46,091 nucleotides of DNA, taken from the NCBI GenBank assembly GCA_038279365.1, contig JAYODI010000004.1, forward strand, positions 92,649 to 138,739, in the 5' to 3' direction. A model generated the notes under the pieces. The model saw only the letters and a program-made list of their open reading frames with translations, had not been told where the DNA came from and made no database searches. This stretch comes from Candidatus Latescibacterota bacterium. Lineage in GTDB: Bacteria; Latescibacterota; UBA2968. A program made the position numbers and the translations under genes. Position 1 is the first letter of the stretch. Each line of letters opens with the position of its first letter. This document shows, in pieces, positions 45,542-46,091 of this stretch.

Positions 45542-46084
45542 ATGGTAAAAAGGTTTTCATTTTTTGCTGGTTTGATTGTTTTGCTTTCTGCTGTTGGAGG
45601 TGCTGAGGCGGGTTTTGGCATCTATAGCCTGAGTGCAAAAGCAGGCTTAGACGTTGTGCAGTCAAACGATGCACGAAACTTTTTTGTTTTGCAAAGCGAT
45701 ATTGCAACCGTATTTTCCAAGCGCATGCGATTGGAAGTGTCGGGAGAAATAGGCAGTGGAACCGATTTGGACGAAACGACGATTAAGGTGGTTGGTGGGG
45801 GGGCTTTTTTAAGATATTTATGGCCCAATGAATCGCATACGGCATTTGCATATATGGGCGGGGGTTTGGGGGTGAATCGGGTAAGGCGCGAACGTGTGAT
45901 TGTAAATACCATAGAGCATGAAATGCAGTGGAATGTACAATTTATTTTGGTTGGGATGGAAAAACATGTGATGAAAGGCCGCCTAAAAGCATTGTGTGAG
46001 GTGCGTTGGGTTTTGGGGGATGAAGAAGATGCAACAGCTTTGCGGGCGGCCGTTGGTTTTGGCATAAATTTTGGAAAACCCTAA
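45542..46084 (+). CDS. Small outer-membrane beta-barrel protein
   Basis: Signal peptide ending AEA; amphipathic strands (AYMGGGLG, EVRWV, AAVGFGINF). Confidence 0.72.
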   Translation: MVKRFSFFAGLIVLLSAVGGAEAGFGIYSLSAKAGLDVVQSNDARNFFVLQSDIATVFSKRMRLEVSGEIGSGTDLDETTIKVVGGGAFLRYLWPNESHTAFAYMGGGLGVNRVRRERVIVNTIEHEMQWNVQFILVGMEKHVMKGRLKALCEVRWVLGDEEDATALRAAVGFGINFGKP

Positions 46085-46091
46085 GACGTTA

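Noticed and set aside
1-46091. CRISPR array, IS/transposase, prophage, defence system, rRNA or intact tRNA
   Set aside because: No spaced direct repeats or hallmark genes were seen by eye.

Overview
Gene-dense, mostly + strand chromosomal window from a diderm bacterium. The dockerin-like 'DFDGNGxVDFxDF' tag, FN3 lipoprotein, many Gfo/Idh/MocA paralogues and PAC2 gene suggest a Latescibacterota/FCB-like lineage (inference). No rRNA, intact tRNA, CRISPR, transposase or phage genes were seen. In order it holds: the end of exbD; an ECF sigma/anti-sigma/Spy-CpxP/RND efflux/RDD cluster; a small OM-type protein plus an 8x FN3 lipoprotein; a sigma54 activator preceded by its own -24/-12 promoter; thrC; an unusual FliG-TM-FecR fusion; hpnCDE (squalene synthesis); cobO and crcB; a block of sugar redox/epimerase genes; PAC2 and ltaE; a degenerate 5'-nucleotidase coupled to a THUMP methyltransferase-like gene; a K+ channel, fbaA, a 2-hydroxyacid dehydrogenase and an S9 peptidase; a dockerin-tagged protein; a CheY-like regulator coupled to a FapA/DUF342-like protein; two TPR proteins, TonB, DUF971 and an OM beta-barrel. 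The best novelty candidate is 13370-15031: a near full-length flagellar rotor (FliG) fold that keeps torque-helix charges, anchored by one TM helix to a periplasmic FecR domain, outside any flagellar operon. All calls come from manual motif recognition; no database searches were run.
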